Virus record (IMG/VR): IMGVR_UViG_3300027770_000026
Span: 62,001 to 126,000 of that record
Strand: one strand, 5' to 3'
Length of the DNA: 64,000 bases
Both the position numbers and the translations under genes were made by a program. How positions within the stretch are numbered: the first letter of the stretch is position 1; every line of letters starts with the position of its first letter. Positions 59,300 through 64,000 of the stretch are shown here, piece after piece. The notes beneath the pieces are model-generated. The model ran no database searches. It saw only the letters and a program-made list of their open reading frames with translations, and was not told where the DNA came from.

Positions 59300-59799
59300 T
59301 ACCAAAGCTCGTCAATCTTCACAATCTGTTGTGTACGACTAATCTCTCGAGCAAAGAACACACAATTGGGATTACTTCCTTCTGTAAGTGGTACTGCTAA
59401 TAGATGCCCCGATTTAAGCTTGGGGAAGTACCACTTGACTTCGGGATATACATCTACAATATCAATCTTCTCAAAGAGAGGACGGAAACCAGTTAGTGGA
59501 TTTACTGTTAGTGTTTCGAACCCACGCTCGCTGATACTAGTAAGCGGTATAACTTCTAGATCGCCAATCTCAGGATCACCTATCATTACCTGCCAGTCCA
59601 ATGGCATCTTAATTGTATGTTTACCTATTTCTAGTATTGCAGCAGGGGCAGTAAAGCTTTCTAGAAAGATCAAGGGAATAAAAAAGTAATCCGGATCGTT
59701 TGGATCGCTGTTGTCTAGTACTGCAAAACGCAAGTCGTCTACCTCTGCAGGTAGTTCTAGCATGCTCATACTAATGTTTTCAATTGTGAGAATATTCAT
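59299..59799 (-). CDS. conserved replication-cluster protein
   Basis: DYFFIPLIFLESF, WYFPKLK; TGATG overlap. Confidence 0.75.
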   Translation of the reverse strand: MNILTIENISMSMLELPAEVDDLRFAVLDNSDPNDPDYFFIPLIFLESFTAPAAILEIGKHTIKMPLDWQVMIGDPEIGDLEVIPLTSISERGFETLTVNPLTGFRPLFEKIDIVDVYPEVKWYFPKLKSGHLLAVPLTEGSNPNCVFFAREISRTQQIVKIDELW

Positions 59800-61241
59800 C
59801 AAATGTTTACCTTTTGTAGTTCCCATTCATAATTTGCATCGTTATAAAACTGTTTGCGTTTGGTCATGTGTCGCTTGCTGAACTTGCAACTGCTAGTCAC
59901 ATCCCAAATCTCTACACTGTCCTTGTCCTGCGCCTTGCGTAATCCACGTCCGATGCTCTGTATAGTGCGCACGAAACTCTTGCCTGGCTCTACTAGTACA
60001 ATGTGAAACAAGCGTGGTAAGTTAATGCCCACTGCTGCTACACCATATGTCGCAACAATTACCTTACCTTCTGCTGTAGCTACTTCGTCGTAGTGTTCTT
60101 GCCTGTCCTGACTTTTAACACCGCCCGAAATAAACACTGCGTTGGGTATACGATCTACCAATTCTTGTCCTGCTTCGATGCGGTCTACAAGTACTAGTGT
60201 ATTGCCTTGCGCACTGATTTGCTTGACTAGTTTGGACATGTAATCTATTCGTTTAGTATCTGTTAGTAGATACTTGAGTTCGCTTTGGTAGTTGGAGAAG
60301 GTGCGTTGGTCCTGTATCTGTACAATATTAACTTTACACTGTGCAAGTACGCCCTGATCCTGCAGATCTGCTGCACGGATCTTGTTTACTACAGCACCAA
60401 TTCCCACATGTAAACAACGCCATTCAAACTCTTCTTTGGGAATGGTTCCTGTCAACCCCCAACGAATTGGCACTTGCGCAAACGGCCCACTTAGCATGGC
60501 TTTGAGTACATCGCCCTTGGCCATGTGGGCTTCGTCTACAATGATGCAGTTAACACCTTGAGCAAACTCCGGCCACTCAACAGGTGCTGTACCGTCTTTG
60601 GTTTTCTTGCCGAGACTATTCAGACTTTGCCATGTGCAAATGGTATGTGTCTTTTGATATTCTTTCTGACTACCATAGAAAACCCCCACATCTAGACCAA
60701 TTAGCTGATAGTCTTTGAGTGTTTGTTTAACCAAGTCCACGTTGGGTACAATGGTTAAGGTACGCCCATACTTCTCTGCGCGGCTGCACAGTGTAGCAGT
60801 CATTATGGTCTTGCCCGCACCTGTGCTAATCTCTTGTATGCTCTGTGGCTCCGCGAGAAATGCATTGATTGCTTCCACTTGATAGTCACGCAGCGTTACA
60901 GGAGTACCAGCAGAAGTATGATTCTCGGGCCAGGATATATGAGCTAGGCTTTGTTCAGTTACTGATTCGAACTCTAGTTCCCACCCCTGCCTGTAGTCTT
61001 CAATTTCAATATCTAGATGTTCAATCTCAGGAAGGATTTCTTCCAGAAGTTTGAGATAGGTTGTGCCGCTAGCGGCAAAGAACTGAATACACCCGTCCCA
61101 ACGTCCCAATCTTACAGCGGGTAGATGTCGTGCATACGGCACTTGGTATTTGAACTTGCTGACTAACTTGCGCCGCATCATGGGCTCAAGTCCTTCAATC
61201 TTAATGTTGACTTCGTCGCGGATAATGATTTTTACTGTCAT
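59799..61241 (-). CDS. uvsW: UvsW-like SF2 helicase
   Basis: WDG, LRDYQ, TGAGKT, DEAH, GLTGT, QSIGRGLR. Confidence 0.92.
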   Translation of the reverse strand: MTVKIIIRDEVNIKIEGLEPMMRRKLVSKFKYQVPYARHLPAVRLGRWDGCIQFFAASGTTYLKLLEEILPEIEHLDIEIEDYRQGWELEFESVTEQSLAHISWPENHTSAGTPVTLRDYQVEAINAFLAEPQSIQEISTGAGKTIMTATLCSRAEKYGRTLTIVPNVDLVKQTLKDYQLIGLDVGVFYGSQKEYQKTHTICTWQSLNSLGKKTKDGTAPVEWPEFAQGVNCIIVDEAHMAKGDVLKAMLSGPFAQVPIRWGLTGTIPKEEFEWRCLHVGIGAVVNKIRAADLQDQGVLAQCKVNIVQIQDQRTFSNYQSELKYLLTDTKRIDYMSKLVKQISAQGNTLVLVDRIEAGQELVDRIPNAVFISGGVKSQDRQEHYDEVATAEGKVIVATYGVAAVGINLPRLFHIVLVEPGKSFVRTIQSIGRGLRKAQDKDSVEIWDVTSSCKFSKRHMTKRKQFYNDANYEWELQKVNI

Positions 61242-61311
61242 AGATACAAGTGTACTAGGTATATGTATTTAAAGCAAGATGCATAGCCGTAATAGTTGGG
61301 CTAAATACCAC

Positions 61312-61929
61312 ATGCGGGCAACAGAATTCATAACGGAATCACTTGATAAACCCTACCCATGGCGACAGGCAAGAGCCAAATACGCTATGGCAAAATATGT
61401 GTTCCGTGCCAACAGTATACTCAAACGCTATCAGATATCATTTGATGTACGAGGAGACAATCGTGTAGAAGTTGGTTTTGGTCGTTACACTCTGACGCGC
61501 GGTTTAGACCTGGGAAAGACCAAAGATAGTTATCAGGAGGCACAGAGAATCTTTGCTACAGTTGGTGCTGTCATAATGGATTTCCTCAAAAATAATCCCA
61601 GCGTGAACACTATTCATTTCAGTGCCCCTGCAGACAAAGGCGAGACTGAAAAAACATCCAGCAGAATACGACTGTATGGTGCACTAGCCAAACGCCTGCA
61701 ACAACAGTTGGCGTGGCCTAATATAACTCGAGAAGTAGAACCCAATCCTTATACCAATGATCCCGTAGTATATTGGGATATCAGTAAGGATGCCAAAAAG
61801 GTAGAGCCCACACAAGATAGAGATTATGCTGCAGCCCAAGCAGCCAAAAATCCTAACCCTATTTTGGATAAAATATATCCAATGAGAAAAGCTCAAGCAG
61901 TAGACCGAATACTGAGTAAAGGTCTATAA
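61312..61929 (+). CDS. capsid-tagged protein (possible GNAT-like fold)
   Basis: TAAATA 61302-61307 then MRATEFITE; IFATV...F.A...SR.RLY. Confidence 0.7.
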   Translation: MRATEFITESLDKPYPWRQARAKYAMAKYVFRANSILKRYQISFDVRGDNRVEVGFGRYTLTRGLDLGKTKDSYQEAQRIFATVGAVIMDFLKNNPSVNTIHFSAPADKGETEKTSSRIRLYGALAKRLQQQLAWPNITREVEPNPYTNDPVVYWDISKDAKKVEPTQDRDYAAAQAAKNPNPILDKIYPMRKAQAVDRILSKGL

Positions 61930-61953
61930 AAAAGCCCCGCACTAGGCGGGGCT
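61929..61953 (-). terminator. intrinsic terminator between convergent genes
   Basis: AGCCCCGC-CTAGT-GCGGGGCT-TTTT. Confidence 0.85.
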
Positions 61954-61977
61954 CCAAGTTGGCACTTGCGGAATTGA

Positions 61978-63051
61978 TTAGCGCATGCAGGTCATGCGCG
62001 TCAGCTCCTGCCAACGGTTGGGGTTAATCTTGTAAAGGTCAGCCACCTTAAGCGCGGCGCGCAAGCTGATCTCGCGCATCTTGTTCGCATTCTCAGTGAT
62101 GAAATTCACAATCTCCGTCGACTGCTCTTCAGTGAAGCCGTACTTCTCAGCGTCGAACAGCGTACCCGTAGCAGCAATCTGACGCAACCGCAGCAGCTTC
62201 TCGCGCGTGGTGTGGATGGTCAGGTCCAAGTAGTGGCAGCGCGACTGGAGTGCGTCAATGTGATCCTTCAGCTTCTTGCTCTTGATGTTATCGAACTTCA
62301 AATTAGTAATGAAGATCACCGAACCCTTAAAGTCGAAAGCGTTGGGGATACCCTCACGACGCAGCAATGCGCTATCGCTGTTCCAGTGAATGCGCCGCCG
62401 GCTGCTGCTGTCGAGCGCAGCCTTGAGGATGTTGAGGCTGAGGTCTTCAAGCAAGATGCTGTCGCAGTCGTCAAACACCAACACGCAGTTGGAGTCGCTG
62501 AAGTCAAACAGCTTCTTGTAGAGGCCAATGGGCGTCATCGCACCCTTGACCACTTCGTGCTTGACGACCTTGATCAGCTTGTCAAACATGCTCGCTGTCT
62601 CTAGCGTCTGTTCAACGCCGTAGCTCTTGCCCACGCCTGGGGCACCGCTCACAATCATTGCGCGGATGTTGCCTTCCTTAGCAGCCATCGTCATCTCGTT
62701 GAGCACCTCAAAGCGGGCACCCACACGTTGCATGATCTGCTCGTCGGTCTCGTCAGTGTCAACGGGCGTCTCGTACATGACGTCGTCATCCTCGCTCTTG
62801 TTAACAACAGCAGGCGTGAACGCAATCACGTTGTTGGGAATTTCGCTAGCAGCAACGGGCTGGATAGAGCGAATGCTCTCTACCGTAATACGGATGTTCT
62901 TACCGGCGTAGTCGCCCATGTCGTTGCCAGCAAGTACAGTAACGAAGCCGCCCTTGGCGCCTTCCTTGTAATCCTGCACAAGGCGGAACGTCTGATTGCG
63001 GATCTGCATACCGCGATACTTACCGCTAGTAATACGAACGAAATTTGCCAT
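61978..63051 (-). CDS. AAA+ ATPase
   Basis: GAPGVGKS, VFDDCD, IFITN, ALQSR, SLR; start re-set to MANFV (GGAG SD). Confidence 0.85.
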   Translation of the reverse strand: MANFVRITSGKYRGMQIRNQTFRLVQDYKEGAKGGFVTVLAGNDMGDYAGKNIRITVESIRSIQPVAASEIPNNVIAFTPAVVNKSEDDDVMYETPVDTDETDEQIMQRVGARFEVLNEMTMAAKEGNIRAMIVSGAPGVGKSYGVEQTLETASMFDKLIKVVKHEVVKGAMTPIGLYKKLFDFSDSNCVLVFDDCDSILLEDLSLNILKAALDSSSRRRIHWNSDSALLRREGIPNAFDFKGSVIFITNLKFDNIKSKKLKDHIDALQSRCHYLDLTIHTTREKLLRLRQIAATGTLFDAEKYGFTEEQSTEIVNFITENANKMREISLRAALKVADLYKINPNRWQELTRMTCMR

Positions 63052-63088
63052 TTGCTTGTTCTCCATATCGTTGTTCCCTATGTGTCGT

Positions 63089-63224
63089 ATTATACAGCCA
63101 TCCAGGTGCAGTGCAACTCTTTTTGGCAGAAAGAATTCTAATAAAATCAATAACTTAGCAAGGGCGCACGTAAGTCATTGACTCTACAGGGATTTTAGTT
63201 TTCCCAATAAAATCAACAACTTAC
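63089..63224 (-). promoter_or_regulatory. sigma70-type promoter with three IHF-consensus-like sites
   Basis: TTGCAC-16nt-TATAAT; AATCAATAACTTA (63145), inverted AGTCAATGACTTA (63171-63183), AATCAACAACTTA (63211). Confidence 0.65.
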
Positions 63225-63257
63225 GCAGCCTGGGGCTATTTTGAGCGTTTTTTAGGG

Positions 63258-63446
63258 TTAATCTACCCCAAAATCGTCGTCTAAATCGTCATCAACTTGG
63301 TTTTGCCACTTGCGCAGGTCTGCAGCAGTAGCACGACGGTAGTCGTGATCAGATGGTTCCACGCGATGCTTGAATTGGTCATCCTCGCGCAGGGCCCGGG
63401 CAACAGGGTTACGCTTGATAACCTTGCTGGGATTCTTCGACTTCAT
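63258..63446 (-). CDS. ArfA-like small protein
   Basis: IKRNPVARALREDDQFKHRVE resembles ArfA [20 protein letters not shown]; start 63446 or 63461. Confidence 0.45.
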   Translation of the reverse strand: MKSKNPSKVIKRNPVARALREDDQFKHRVEPSDHDYRRATAADLRKWQNQVDDDLDDDFGVD

Positions 63447-63457
63447 AACGCTCTTTT

Positions 63458-64000
63458 TCACTCCTTAACAAGATAAAGCACACGATTTAGTTTGGTGGTG
63501 TTGCCGTCTATGTGCGCCTTAACGGTACCACGTATGTAAACGTAATCATCTTCGTAAACATCTTGCTTGCTATGCCAGTAGAGGTAGAGATTGCCATCGT
63601 CTCCCAGCAAAATATGTCCATTGGTTTCTTGATATACTGTGTTCTTTGAAGGAAATACACGCAACACAGTACCACGTACTTCAATACGGTCCTTGAGCTT
63701 GCCCACACAACGAGAGGTCAGTTTGGACCGTTCAATCAGCTCGCCACGACGCTGATTTTCGCGATGTGTAATATAGTAGCCGGGCTGGTTAACCCCAAAC
63801 GTAAAGTTAGTAGATTGGTTAACATCAACTTCTTCCTGCATAAACAGGGTGACTACAATCTTGCCATAGTTGCTGATCTTGCCTGCAATCATATCCAGCA
63901 AGCGACCACGCTGATACTCAATCAGTTCCTGCGCAAGAGCTCGGTCGTCCTCTGTAATTAGAGAGTCATCAGCTAGTGCTGCTTGAGCAAACTGTTGGCG
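63458..64000 (-). CDS. OB-fold-like phage protein (start beyond window end)
   Basis: Frame open to 64000; D..GN...W...IRGTVKAH...TKLNRV. Confidence 0.7.
   Translation of the reverse strand, partial: RQQFAQAALADDSLITEDDRALAQELIEYQRGRLLDMIAGKISNYGKIVVTLFMQEEVDVNQSTNFTFGVNQPGYYITHRENQRRGELIERSKLTSRCVGKLKDRIEVRGTVLRVFPSKNTVYQETNGHILLGDDGNLYLYWHSKQDVYEDDYVYIRGTVKAHIDGNTTKLNRVLYLVKE

Noticed and set aside
1-64000. Stop-codon reassignment as in some large phages
   Set aside because: Conserved genes are full length in code 11, and TAA, TAG and TGA all end genes that pack tightly

Overview
A 64-kb segment of a large (jumbo-type, distantly T4-related) dsDNA phage genome. It is densely coding, almost all on the minus strand, and uses the standard genetic code. 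The left part (1-16.5 kb) holds small early accessory genes behind sigma70-type promoters, a circularly permuted two-piece tmRNA (tag ANDSNYDMALAA) and isolated plus-strand late genes. A proteostasis/translation cluster follows (ClpX, bS21, Hsp20 with a ROSE-like leader, ClpS), then class Ia RNR (nrdA/nrdB), a tail-type beta-helix protein and virion genes. From 28 to 53 kb is a long late block where about 20 proteins start with a T4 internal-protein-like capsid targeting peptide (M[KR]xx[ED][FIL]xxE), many of them enzymes or E-punctuated polyproteins. The window ends with a replication module (DnaB-type helicase, primase, minimal DnaE-type polymerase core, UvsW-like helicase, AAA ATPase). Best candidates for undescribed biology: (1) a tandem array of 7 divergent helical-repeat proteins plus 1 truncated remnant, sharing an N-terminal LYxYHxxPxxLxG motif and bracketed by two capsid-tagged WCT/FCT-motif proteins; (2) a capsid-tagged polyprotein joining a HopA1/lyase-like domain to a kinase cassette flanked by a 58-bp direct repeat; (3) TAAATA-N4-7-ATG late starts that appear leaderless; (4) a ribosome-rescue and proteolysis toolkit (permuted tmRNA, a second copy of its 3' element behind an ordinary gene, ClpX with rewritten substrate loops, an ArfA-like peptide). 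All family assignments come from motif recognition by eye; no database searches were run.
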